This document shows positions 20,964 through 30,904 of a stretch of DNA of 33,286 nt, in pieces. The translations under genes and the position numbers were made by a program. The notes beneath the pieces were generated by a model. It made no database searches, was not told the DNA's origin, and saw nothing but the letters and a program-made list of their open reading frames with translations. This stretch comes from an uncultured Chthonomonadaceae bacterium. GTDB taxonomy: Bacteria; Armatimonadota; Chthonomonadetes; Chthonomonadales; Chthonomonadaceae. Position 1 is the first letter of the stretch. The number at the start of each line of letters is the position of its first letter. The stretch is taken from the NCBI GenBank assembly GCA_963835065.1, contig CAWIEK010000010.1, positions 1 through 33,286 on the forward strand, in the 5' to 3' direction.

Positions 20964-21082
20964 TTCCGGTTTCCTATCCTTTGAGGTAGAATAGGGGTGA
21001 AGGGACTACCAAGTAACTTCACCCCTGCCCTGCAAGTGAGTTCGTACCTCACGAGCGGGGCGTCTTCGTTTGTGACACCTTA

Positions 21083-21111
21083 ATTATAGCAGGTCTATCG
21101 TGCGTTGTCAA
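21083..21111 (-). promoter_or_regulatory. consensus sigma70 promoter
   Basis: Minus strand TTGACA (21111-21106), 17 bp spacer, TATAAT (21088-21083). Confidence 0.9.
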
Positions 21112-21116
21112 GGGTT

Positions 21117-21169
21117 AAAAGTTAGATTTTAGAAAAGCATGTAACTTATTACACTGTCAAAAGTTAGAT
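21117..21169. promoter_or_regulatory. direct repeat AAAAGTTAGAT x2, candidate operator
   Basis: Exact copies at 21117-21127 and 21159-21169, 42 bp apart, between divergent genes. Confidence 0.5.
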
Positions 21170-21186
21170 AATCGGGTATCATAGAG

Positions 21187-21408
21187 TTGGAGGCTACGAG
21201 ATTGCACGACTTTATAACAGTGCCAGAGGCAGCACAGATTTTAGGGATTACGGAAAAGTCCGTTCGTGAGGCTGTTCATCGAGGGGAGATTATCGGCGGC
21301 AAGTTAGGCGGTAGGTACATCGTTTCCAAACAATCTGTTGAGGCGTACAAGCCGCGTGAATATCCAAGAGACGGCGACAAAGCCGAACCAGAACCACCTG
21401 AAGAATAG
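21187..21408 (+). CDS. excisionase-like HTH (HTH_17) DNA-binding protein
   Basis: FITVPEAAQILGITEKSVREAVHRGEIIGGKLGGRYIVSKQSVEAY. Confidence 0.9.
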   Translation: MEATRLHDFITVPEAAQILGITEKSVREAVHRGEIIGGKLGGRYIVSKQSVEAYKPREYPRDGDKAEPEPPEE

Positions 21409-21423
21409 AATCAACAAGGAGAG

Positions 21424-21459
21424 ACACCCTGCGCTAAATTAGCGCAGGGTGTTTTATTT
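21424..21459 (+). terminator. intrinsic terminator
   Basis: ACACCCTGCGCT-aaatt-AGCGCAGGGTGT-TTTATTT. Confidence 0.85.
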
Positions 21460-21464
21460 CGCCA

Positions 21465-24171
21465 ATGTCCAACTCTACTGCTTTAACAGGATACCGCAAA
21501 AGTCGGCTTCGGCTTGACCCGGACGGCCTTACTGTTGCCTCTGGGCCGCCATTTGCTATACATAGAACCAGTTTTGAAATAGGACGTGGAGGGCACGGAG
21601 CAATACGGCAGCCAGGCCGTGACGCAGTTGGGAAGTGGGGCGTGGGTGTTCTCACGTCGGTAAGAGATTCAGCGGGAATACCATACGGAGCGCAGCGACA
21701 ACTTCAACAGTAATCTGGGCACGTCCGACTTGATCATGGCTCCCGACATGGTGATGCGCGTTCGCAATCGCAAAAACGCGGATTTGAACGGCGTGACGTT
21801 TGACTCTGAATGTGGCGGACAGCGGCAACAATATGCTTATCGCGGCTCCGGCAGCGGGGGCGAGCCATTTCAGCCAACAGTTGACGGCAGACGCGGCTTC
21901 GTTTCCTTCGCCGACGCTGCTTTCGTCCGATGTGAAAATGGATCGCAAGGTTAAATCGGCCAACTCCTACCCTGCCGACCAGAAATTATGCGTTTACCTT
22001 TGAGATTCCGGGCGCATCCGTCAATCACCCGGATTACATTATTTCGTTCAATTTCGGCGGCCCGGCACTTCCTGACGGCTCTGGTCAGTACCATTTAGCG
22101 TTCCGAGGGGATGGCTACATGGTACTTATGGAAAAGACCAGCGCCGCGCCGGGGTGGAAAATCCTGCAAAGCTGGCTGTATGCTGCGCCGAACCATGTAG
22201 CGGGCGCACATACAGTTCTGATACAGCCGCACCGAAATTCGACGGGTGGGGCGTACATTGATTTTATTGTGTACTCCAGCGCGGGACGGGGGCAGTCGGG
22301 GGGACTGGTAACGAGCTATGTGGCTCCGCAAAGCGTGACTGGCTATCATACCTACCGACTGAAAGGGTACAAGCAGGTCGCGCAGGCCGGCGAGAATGCG
22401 GGCATTGTTCGCAAATCGGTGACGGGCGCGGGGCCGTTTCGCGTGGATCATCGTCAGGACGTTCGCCCCTGGTTTCAGCCTTCGCTTCTCAAATATCTCA
22501 GCCCTGGCGTTCTGGTAGATTGGCCGTTTTGCGTACAGTTTATTTCTTCCGCCAGCAATGACCTGACGCTCTCGTGGGATGCGGTGGTTCCAACGGGTTG
22601 CACCCTCGTAGGGAAAATCTACGACGCCTCTACGAACGCGGAACTGACGCTGTTAAGCTCCACAGCGAACTCCGCGACGTACCATGTGCATGGCGGGCAG
22701 CCCTTCTATTTTGTCGCGTTCACGCTGACAACCAATACCGATCACTCCCAGACGCCCACGTTGTGGAGTTACACGGTTGCGCAGAATTCGACGTATGCGG
22801 TGGTGACGGGGATCGAGACACAGGTTCCCCGCGATGGCGGCATATTGCGTTCGGCTTCGTTCACGGGCGGGGAGAAAGACCCCACGCACGAAAGCGGACA
22901 GTTTGTCGTCGAAGACCCGGCCAATGTGGTTTCCAAGCTGAACACGCGGGCAGAAATCCCTTACCGGTACGAGGTCACGTATGACCCGAACGACCAGACG
23001 AAATGGGTTTGCCTTAGCAGCGGGTACATCACGCGCGCCACAGCAACGCACAAGGGCGGCAAGGGGAGAACCGGACTATCGGGCGTATCGGCGCGCAATT
23101 TTCCCGCATATGGCTGGCGCAGTTTTGAAGTGACGAGCGTTGGCGAATGGCTGCGGCTGCAAGCCTCGCCTCTGCTCATCCGTATCAACGTGGCGCAGTC
23201 GCCCGACAAAGACCCAGGCAATGCCGATGTGAGCCTGCCGTACAAAATCACCGATGTGGTTCGGCAGATGATCGGGTACGCGGGCTACCAGTCCACTCAG
23301 ATTGATGTGCCGGATTTGCCCATTCGCTTTTTTGTGGGCGCAAGCGGCGCGGCGAGTTCGTTTTTGATTGAGCCGGGGGTTAGCATTGGCGACTGGATTG
23401 TGAAGACGCTGCGGGACTATCTGGGCTGGTTTTTGGTTTGGGACGCGAACGCGGGAACGGGCGGCATGTGGCGAGTGCGGCAGCCGGCGCTCCCGGACGG
23501 CAGCGGAAATTATGCCAATTTAGCCACGTTTCGTACGGGCGCAGACGCGGGAAAACTCGTTACCAGCAGCGCCAGTACATGGCCGCGCCAACAGCGCCAG
23601 TCCCGGCCCGTATGTTGCGGATGGAACCGGGCCGGTGTCAGCGTTTATCATCAAGCGCGACGGCGTTTCTACGCTGAAGGGCTGGGTAAAAGCGGCGGAA
23701 GGCAATGCGGTGTACGTGACCGGCACGGGCGAACTGCTCTCCAACGGCGCGGGGCAGTTCAAGTTGTCGCAGTGGGCGTTCAACCCGAAGGCGTTCAATC
23801 TACCAGGGGCAACGAGCGCGGACGCGACGCATCCCGATTATGGCGGCGGCTTTTTTAAGCCAATTCTTTTGTTTGACCCGTCGCAATCGGAACAATCCGC
23901 CGTTGATTTTCTCACGCGGCGAATTTACGACCAGGCGTGTCACGCCATCAAGTGTATCTCGTTTGAAGCGCCCTGCGTGTTCGTGGTAGACCCAAACGAC
24001 GCGCTGCAAACCGCGCCGCGCCCGCTTCGGTATTATGATCCTATTTCAATAGTGGACGGCTATGGCAACACGACGCAATGGCTGGTACGAAATTGTACAA
24101 TCCACTTCGATAAAACCGGCTTCATGTATTGTACAATTGAGGCGGAAGCGCCGAGGGAGAGCATCAGCTAA
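21465..24171 (+). CDS. large minor tail/hub protein (about 900 aa), frameshifted
   Basis: ORF pieces 21465, 21800, 22119 and 23635 stitch into one beta-rich protein; first structural gene after the TMP/insert. Confidence 0.6.
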
Positions 24172-25847
24172 TGGCCGACATTGTAGAGGTTGTGCGCAAG
24201 GCGCAGGCGTATGCGACTCGACCTTCCGCGATCCATAAAACAGACGCGGAAATTCAGGACGCGCAGCGCAAGGCTGATCCACATTCCAGCGACATTATTG
24301 CTCTGCCCTGCGATTTTGCGCAATGGCTGCCTTTGCAGGATACTAATGCCGGCAGCACGTATGGAGCCTTTTATCAAATCGAGGGGTATTCGCGTGAGGG
24401 GCAGGATGTGGCGCGGGCAGGGAGCTAGGGGATGGCAGGCTGTGAGCCGGGCTTTAATATCTGGTATCGCTGGCAGTATGCGCCTTACTATTATCCGAGC
24501 TACGGGGCCGATCTGGTTTGATGCCATCAATGCGACGCCGGGGCAGTACGAAAGCGCCCTCAGCACGGAAACCAGCCCGGAATTGATTGTTTCCGGCTAC
24601 AATTATGACGGCCTGTTTCCGGGGTATGAACATGTGACTACGATCAACGGCAGCGGCGGCGCGTTTAGTTACAACGATCTGCTGCTGGCGATTCCCTGTT
24701 CCACGCGCTACAGCCCTGCCGGTTTCGCGTATCAACTGCTCTGCACGGAAACGCCCCAATTTGATTGCCAGAGCGCGTATACGGAACAGTACACGGCCTT
24801 TTGGACCTCCATAGACGGGCTGATCACGCACCCTGTCAGCATCAATAAAAATACGGGGTATGTTTCGGACGGCGGCCAATATCCCTGGGACACGCTGGTA
24901 AAAGCGGATTGGCGCTTGGGCACGGGCGGGATTGTGGACATTGCGCAGGGGAGTTGGCTCTGGCATTGTCGGGCAGTTCGCGTATTCCAACCTTTCCGAC
25001 CCACGAACTAAATTGACGGTGCGGCGTTCGCTGTACAGCGGTTTCGACCCTCTTTATGGCGGAACGGGCTTTGTGAGCAGTCAGGATTGGCATCCCAACA
25101 CGCTGAAGGTTTTATACCACTGCAACGCGGCAACGGGCGGGGATGGATCGAGCGGACGAGGAACCAACCCGGCAAACCTGAGCAAGCGCGATTGGAAAAA
25201 TCACGGCAAACTGACGATAGACGCCGGCAAGATTTACTTTTTTGGCAACGACATTGCCTCGCCGCTGTTTGGCTGCGCCGCGTTCGGAGCGGCTGGTGGC
25301 GTCGGACGCTGATAAGCATGTGCATGGCCTGTATGACAGCCGGGGATTGCTGTACGCGATGTACGATTCTCCAAGCGGGTCGAATAAGGTTGTCAAGCAG
25401 GCGCGCAGTGACGATGACGGGCAGACGTGGGGAGCAACGGCAACCGTGTTTACCAGCCAAACCTATACGATGCAGCCGCGCTTAGCGGAACTGGCCGATG
25501 GCGGCATTTTGCGCTGCGCGTTCGTGCCGGACCTGAACACGGATGGAACGCCCAAAAGCACAGGGCGGCTCATAGGGTGTTTTCAGGCGAGCGGGGAGCG
25601 GATAGACGATGTTGCACACCCGCTGCCGGAGTTTTTCCTGCGGGATGATTTGGGGCAGACGTATGCAGGCAGTGTAGACCTGAAGCTGCAAAATAGCGGG
25701 TACGACATAATCGCGCCGGGTGAGGAGCCGGATCGGTTCTACCTCAGCGCGACGGTTGCAGGCGGAAGTGGGAATACTGGATTTTTGGTGCGGGGATTTC
25801 GGGCAGACTTGGAAAAAGATCGTGACGCAGACGATCCGCCCGGTTAA
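24171..25847 (+). CDS. tail protein with Asp-box (BNR) motifs, frameshifted (end approximate)
   Basis: TAATG coupling; RSDDDGQTW, RDDLGQTY and, in another frame, CGDFGQTW. Confidence 0.55.
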
Positions 25848-25861
25848 GGTATCATGATTGT

Positions 25862-25992
25862 GGACGGCGGCAGCGAAGTTGGAGATATGCTCTGAGGTTC
25901 GGCAATGTCCTCGGAATAGCGTATGGTACGCGCTCAATACTAGTCCTGAGTTACGGTTCAAATCCGGCAGGTTCGATCCCTGAACGCCGTCC
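25862..25992 (+). ncRNA. tRNA-like RNA 1 (non-canonical, two T-arms)
   Basis: Terminal stem GGACGGCG/CGCCGTCC, D-like arm, CGG-TTCAAAT-CCG and CAGG-TTCGATC-CCTG, then T6. Confidence 0.6.
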
Positions 25993-26011
25993 TTTTTTAT
26001 AGTTTCGTTGT

Positions 26012-26130
26012 GGGCGGGTGGAGGAAAGGTATACCCTGTTCATTCAGTTCGGCTCCCGGTGGAAGTGACCATCGGTGCGGCTATGCGCGCGGACTCAGTC
26101 CATCTGTCGGTTCAAGTCCGACCCCGGAAA
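26012..26130 (+). ncRNA. tRNA-like RNA 2 (non-canonical or degenerate)
   Basis: GCGGG-TGGAGG-AAAGGTATAC-CCT D-like arm; perfect T-arm GTCGG-TTCAAGT-CCGAC (26106-26122) then CCCG; expanded middle. Confidence 0.5.
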
Positions 26131-26153
26131 GCATAGACATACTACAACGAGAA

Positions 26154-26189
26154 AGCAAAAGATCTTCTCTTCATGAGGATGCTTTTGTT
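26154..26189 (+). terminator. hairpin/terminator after the tRNA-like elements
   Basis: AGCAAAAGATCTTC...GAGGATGCTTTTGTT. Confidence 0.55.
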
Positions 26190-26243
26190 CTACTTGCTAT
26201 TTCAGTAAACAAGTCTTATGACCATTTCACTCAATGCCAATCA

Positions 26244-27168
26244 ATGCCCACTGCCGCTTTGCCGCGCTTCCTTTTTGTCGCTGAACGCGGCCATGACCGC
26301 AACGGGGAACGCGCCTGTTTCGCAGCACATTCAGGCGGACACGGCGAACCTGCCGCGTCAAACCGCAATTATACCGCGCTCGACCTTACAGGCGCGTATG
26401 GAGGCGGGTTGTACGGCATTTGCTACGGGTTGGCGCTGTCGGCGGGAACAGGGCTGACACTCAATATCGCAAGCGGCCATGCCTTATAGACGGGCCGGTG
26501 GAAGTGGCGAACGGGACGCTGCCGGGAACGGAAGTTGCCAATGCCCGAACGCATACGCTCGACGACAATACGGCGCGGGCGTGGGTCTGGCTCCTGCCCA
26601 ATGGCACAGTCACGCACGTCAATACCAGCCTTGCCCCTCCCCAGGCGCAGGCGTGTTTGTTGGGGAGTGTGACGACGGTTTCGGGAGCGATCACGGGCAT
26701 AGACACATCAGGCGTGGTGTTTTTGCGCGGGGGCATCGGTGTTCGGCAAAGCAATGACAGCAGCGCGCCGACCGATACGCCCTCATCCCGGCTGGTGTTT
26801 TTGGCACGGACGCCGACCGCGGATTTTCTGTGGGACGGGGCGCAATACATGCCTCTGGGTGGGAGCGGAACGTCAGGCCATGCCATACGCAAGATTACGG
26901 CAAGCGCGAGTGTTGCGACCGGCGATGAGGCGATCTGGATAGATGCGAGTGGCGGGAACGTAACGCTGACGTTGCTTGACGCCACAGCCGGCAGCGTGAA
27001 GTATGTTGTTGTGAAGCGGCTGGACAACAGCAGCAACACGGTCACGATTGCGGCGGCATCCGGGCAAACCATTGACGGCGCGGCAGCATCAGCCTGACCC
27101 TTCAGTACCAGACACGGATATTGCGGGCGGGGCAGTCGGCGGTTCCGGGCGTATGGGGGATCGAGTAG
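26244..27168 (+). CDS. tail fibre-like protein, frameshifted
   Basis: YGLALSAGTGLTLNIASGHALIDG...LLGSVTTVSGAITGID; C-terminal IDASGGNVTLTL..VKRLDNSSNTVTI..SGQTIDG domain. Confidence 0.7.
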
Positions 27169-27170
27169 AT

Positions 27171-28157
27171 ATGAGTTACGATCCTAAAACCAGTATCGGG
27201 CAGGTGCTCTGATTCGGCGGCGGATGTCGGCAAGCTGCTGCAAGTGGCTTCGGATGGTTCCATTACGGCGGTGACGGGCGGCGGGGGCGCGACGGGCGCG
27301 GCAGGAACTCCCCGGAAGCGTCTGGTATCAGGGCAGCGGGGTTCCGGGCAGTGGCACGGGCGTCAATGGCGATTGGTTTTTGCGCCTCAACCCGGGCGGC
27401 AGTGGTGATGGCGACGTGTACCAGAAGGCTTCGGGCGCGTGGGCTGCTGTCGGGAACATCAAGGGGCCTGCCGGGATTCAGGGCGTTGTCGGGGCAGCCG
27501 GGGCGCAGGGGATACAGGGCGTACAGGGCGTACAGGGCGTTGCTGGAGCGGCAGGCGCGAACGGGCAGGGGTACATCTGGCGCGGAACGTGGAGCAGCGT
27601 CACTGTATACGCGGCGTATGATTGCGTTTTCTATGGCGGCAGTGGCTATGTGGCGGTGGCGGGCAGCACGAACGTGACGCCGGGCACGGATGCTACGAAA
27701 TGGAATTTGTTCGCGCAGCAGGGCGCAGTCGGAGCAGCCGGAGCAACTGGCGCGGCAGGCAGTTCCGGGAGTGGTATTCGGACGCTCAATATCCGGCTGG
27801 TACAGACTTCCACGTATACGGTTGCCAGCAATGACGATGTACTTATTGTGGATGCGTCTGGCTTGACGGCGATAGGAGGGGTTGGTCCCTAATTTACCAT
27901 GCCAAGTTTAGCAACCTCCATTACGATCACGCTGCCGGATGCGACAAGCAGTACCTGGTTCAATAGTTCGGCCAAGTCCCGCCACGTCGCGCCTGCTGAT
28001 CATTAAGCGGCGAGATAACAACAGCAGTGGCAGTGTGACGCTCTCGCCTGTTTCCGGGCAGACCATTGACGGAGCCAGCAGCTATACAATGGCGGGTTTC
28101 AAAGGACTGGAATTGCTGTCGGATGGCCTGAACTGGTACATTGCCAGCGGATCCTAA
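27171..28157 (+). CDS. collagen-like tail fibre protein, frameshifted
   Basis: Gly-X-Y run GPAGIQGVVGAAGAQGIQGVQGVQG; WRGTW..Y..D.V.Y.G..YVA...PGTDATKW module; C-terminal SGQTIDG..LLSDGLNWYI. Confidence 0.8.
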
Positions 28158-28189
28158 CAGCCAGAAAGGGCTTGACATAGCATTGCGTG

Positions 28190-28228
28190 AAGCGCCTTCT
28201 TCCTGATTGGGAGAAGGCGCTTGTTTTT
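28190..28228 (+). terminator. intrinsic terminator
   Basis: AAGCGCCTTCT...AGAAGGCGCTT-GTTTTT. Confidence 0.8.
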
Positions 28229-28258
28229 GCGCCAAATGTGGGAATGGAGAGCGCGAAC

Positions 28259-28501
28259 ATGAATGAAGAAGGCTTCTATGTGATTGAGATCGGGGCGCGC
28301 GAACCTGTCGGGGTGCCCCTTGCGGACGGATGGCGGGCGAGTGCCACGTGGACCCGTGCTGACAACTGCGCCGAGGCGGAAGCGTTCGGCCTCACGATTG
28401 CCCATCGGAAATACCCGACCGCTGAAGGCTGGCAGGAGCATGCGGCGGTAGCAACACTGGTGCCGGAAGCAGATTTGCAGCAGAAAAGGGAACTCCCATG
28501 A
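28259..28501 (+). CDS. small hypothetical protein
   Basis: GGAG RBS; A...AEAEAFGL..A...YP..EGW..H; ATGA-coupled to the next gene. Confidence 0.6.
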   Translation: MNEEGFYVIEIGAREPVGVPLADGWRASATWTRADNCAEAEAFGLTIAHRKYPTAEGWQEHAAVATLVPEADLQQKRELP

Positions 28502-29010
28502 ATGAGGAACAAACCAAACGGATGCTTGCGTTTATCGCGCTCATCCCCGTCTCGGAAGCATCTCTTTACGATCCAGAGAAGAATGATAGAATTGATGCGG
28601 CCTGCGAGCGGGTGAGTGCGGGCATTAAAGCGGGGATTGGCATCAATGCCGTTGATCCACGAGACAATCCCACAATTGCGGCGGAAATCCAGGATGTACT
28701 CGCCGATGTGCGGGAAGAATTCCATCTCGCGCCAAAAGACGAAACGGACAAGGCGCGTTGTGTCCTCAACGCGGTGCAGTTCAACCTGGGATGCGAATGG
28801 TGGCTTTAGTCTGGACAAAAACGGACGATTTGCCCGTCACGCCTGCAAACAATGCGGCGATTTAGTACATCGACACGCAATTGATGGCGGGCATTGCCCT
28901 CGCGCAGATTGACCGAAACGCGCTGCCGGAAGTCGGCCTGGTTCTGGACAAGATGCAGGCCCGTATGGAGGCGCTTCTGCCCAAGATCGCGCCCGTTCCT
29001 GCGCCCATGA
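28498..29010 (+). CDS. hypothetical helical protein (ORF 28498..28809, probably extending to ~29010)
   Basis: A shift at the GGG run near 28790 gives continuation MRMVALVW..., with one in-frame TAG at 28863. Confidence 0.45.
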
Positions 29011-30890
29011 AGCCTTCCAAGTTGAAGCAAGCTCTGACGTGGCTCCGAACATTGTTTGGCTTGTGCCTGCTGCTGTGGGCGGGTGGAGTGCAGGCGCAGG
29101 CCGTGTATGTCCCTGCCGCCAAAAGCCCGGTAACGACGATTATCGCCGCTTCCAACAGCAGTGTGGCAGCCAAAGCCGCCGCCGACATCATCTGTACTGG
29201 CACGTCCGACCAGACGACCATCAATGCCGCTATTACCGCCCTCCCCAGCAGCGGCGGCAAAATCCTGTTTAGGGCGGGGCAGTACAATATCTCAGGCAGC
29301 ATTGTGATTGACAGGTCGTATGTGGATTTGGAGGGAGAAATCCATCCTCATTGGGGCGGCTATGTTCATGCGTGGACTAGCACGGCCAGTTCAGTGGGTT
29401 TAGAAGGCAACGACGGCAGCAAAATCAAAGCCACCGCTACTGGTTTTAACCTTATTTCGTTGGCAAACACCAACATACCTGACGGCGGGGAAAGCCGTCA
29501 CCGGGGTATTCGTATCGCCCGCCTGTATCTGTTTGGCAACGCTTACAGCAGCACGGGCATTTCGGGAGGCTCACTCGCGGACGTTAGTGTAATCGAAGAC
29601 TGCTTCATCCAGCGTGTCAATATAGGCATGTCTGTCTCCTTCGACACAGGCATACTCCGGAATAACGATGTGCAGGACTGCTCCGGGGATGGGATAGTCT
29701 ACGCGGGCTACTATGGGATGATTTCCGCCAATTTGGTTTACGACATTGGTGGGAACGGGATTACGACCTCTGCCGACAGCACGGCAATTACGGGAAACAA
29801 TATCGGGGACTGCGTAATCGGCGTCTACCTCAACGCGGCCTTGAACGTGGCTGTGAGTGGCAATACCCTCCGCGGAGCCATGACACGCGCAATAGCGACA
29901 ACGGGCGGCAGCGGCCATGCGATTAGTGGAAACGCCATTTGTAACGGCTATCTGTCCAACGGAACAGGCGGTAATGGCTATTTGGAGGGTATTACCATTG
30001 GTCTCTCGGCGGCGACCTCTAATGTGGCAATCACGGGAAATACGTTTACTTCTGGCATTACAACGTCTTCTTATGCGATTGCCTGGCGTAACTTTTCCTT
30101 GAACGGTGTCGGTATCGGCAACGCCATTCTAGGGAACTGGAACAGTGGTTCTACGCAGACGATTTTGTTCTCGGCTTTGAGCGCTCTGGTTGCGACAAAC
30201 GCGGGGGATAGCGCTACCCCGATTGCCGCTGGGCCTGCGGCAGTGACAACGGCCTCTCTCGTGGCGTGGTATAAGGGCAGCAGTTTTGCGCTGTCGGATG
30301 GGGCCAGCGTGACGACGTGGGCAGACAGCAGCGGGGCGGGGCATCCCGTCGTTCCCAACACGAGCAGCCCGACCTTTGTCGCGTCGGGCATCAACAGCCT
30401 GCCAACTGTGCGATTTAACGGCACGTCTGACGCGCTCAAAAACGCAACATTGGCTCCGCTCGGCCAACCCTTTACGGTGTTTGTGGTTGCCAAGTCCTCT
30501 GCAAGTGGGGCGACGCGCAGTATTATCAACAGCAACACCGGCACTACGGACGCCCTCTATATAGATTCCACCGCGCATTTATCCCTGTTTGGGGGCAGCG
30601 GCTCCATTACAGGCAGTGTCGCATCGGCAGCGAACGCGCATGTGCTGGAAATGGTTGTCAATAGTTCCTCGTCCCTTGTGGGAGTAGATGGCACGATTAC
30701 CACAGGCAATCCGGGTACAAATGGTTGGCAGTCGGGGATTATAATGGGCGCAAACTCCATACTGTCAGCGGAATGGTTCAACGGTGACATTGCGGAAGTG
30801 GTGGTTTATTCGGGCGCGATGAGCAGCGGCGACAGGTCAACAGTGCGGCAGGCGTTAGGAACGAAGTACAACATTACGGTCACGCCATAA
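29007..30890 (+). CDS. right-handed beta-helix (pectin-lyase-like) + LamG/concanavalin-like protein with N-terminal signal-like peptide
   Basis: ADIICTGTSDQTTINAAITALPSSGGKILFRAGQYNI, repeated I(T/S)GN rungs, C-terminal LVAWYKG..V.TWADSSG..PTVRFNG..FNGDIAEVVVY..L..KY. Confidence 0.85.
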   Translation: MKPSKLKQALTWLRTLFGLCLLLWAGGVQAQAVYVPAAKSPVTTIIAASNSSVAAKAAADIICTGTSDQTTINAAITALPSSGGKILFRAGQYNISGSIVIDRSYVDLEGEIHPHWGGYVHAWTSTASSVGLEGNDGSKIKATATGFNLISLANTNIPDGGESRHRGIRIARLYLFGNAYSSTGISGGSLADVSVIEDCFIQRVNIGMSVSFDTGILRNNDVQDCSGDGIVYAGYYGMISANLVYDIGGNGITTSADSTAITGNNIGDCVIGVYLNAALNVAVSGNTLRGAMTRAIATTGGSGHAISGNAICNGYLSNGTGGNGYLEGITIGLSAATSNVAITGNTFTSGITTSSYAIAWRNFSLNGVGIGNAILGNWNSGSTQTILFSALSALVATNAGDSATPIAAGPAAVTTASLVAWYKGSSFALSDGASVTTWADSSGAGHPVVPNTSSPTFVASGINSLPTVRFNGTSDALKNATLAPLGQPFTVFVVAKSSASGATRSIINSNTGTTDALYIDSTAHLSLFGGSGSITGSVASAANAHVLEMVVNSSSSLVGVDGTITTGNPGTNGWQSGIIMGANSILSAEWFNGDIAEVVVYSGAMSSGDRSTVRQALGTKYNITVTP

Positions 30891-30904
30891 GGAGACATAC
30901 CCTC

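Noticed and set aside
26050..26130. Selenocysteine tRNA (GGAC-TCA-GTCC)
   Set aside because: Loop too short, no long variable arm, no 8-bp acceptor stem.
27514..27540. 9-bp tandem repeat ACAGGGCGT
   Set aside because: Explained by collagen Gly-X-Y coding.
28172..28200. TTGACA as a promoter -35 box
   Set aside because: No -10 box at 16-18 bp spacing; that position lies in the terminator stem.
25932..28865. Amber recoding (CTA in the tRNA-like loop plus in-frame TAG at 28863)
   Set aside because: TAG ends many genes cleanly (5189, 6157, 14065, 17927, 21408, 32471) and the CTA loop is 10 nt, not a canonical anticodon loop.
28881..29006. ORF-track start at 28881 for the beta-helix protein
   Set aside because: These 42 codons read better as the end of the upstream gene; Met at 29007 begins a signal-like peptide. 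The start remains unproven.
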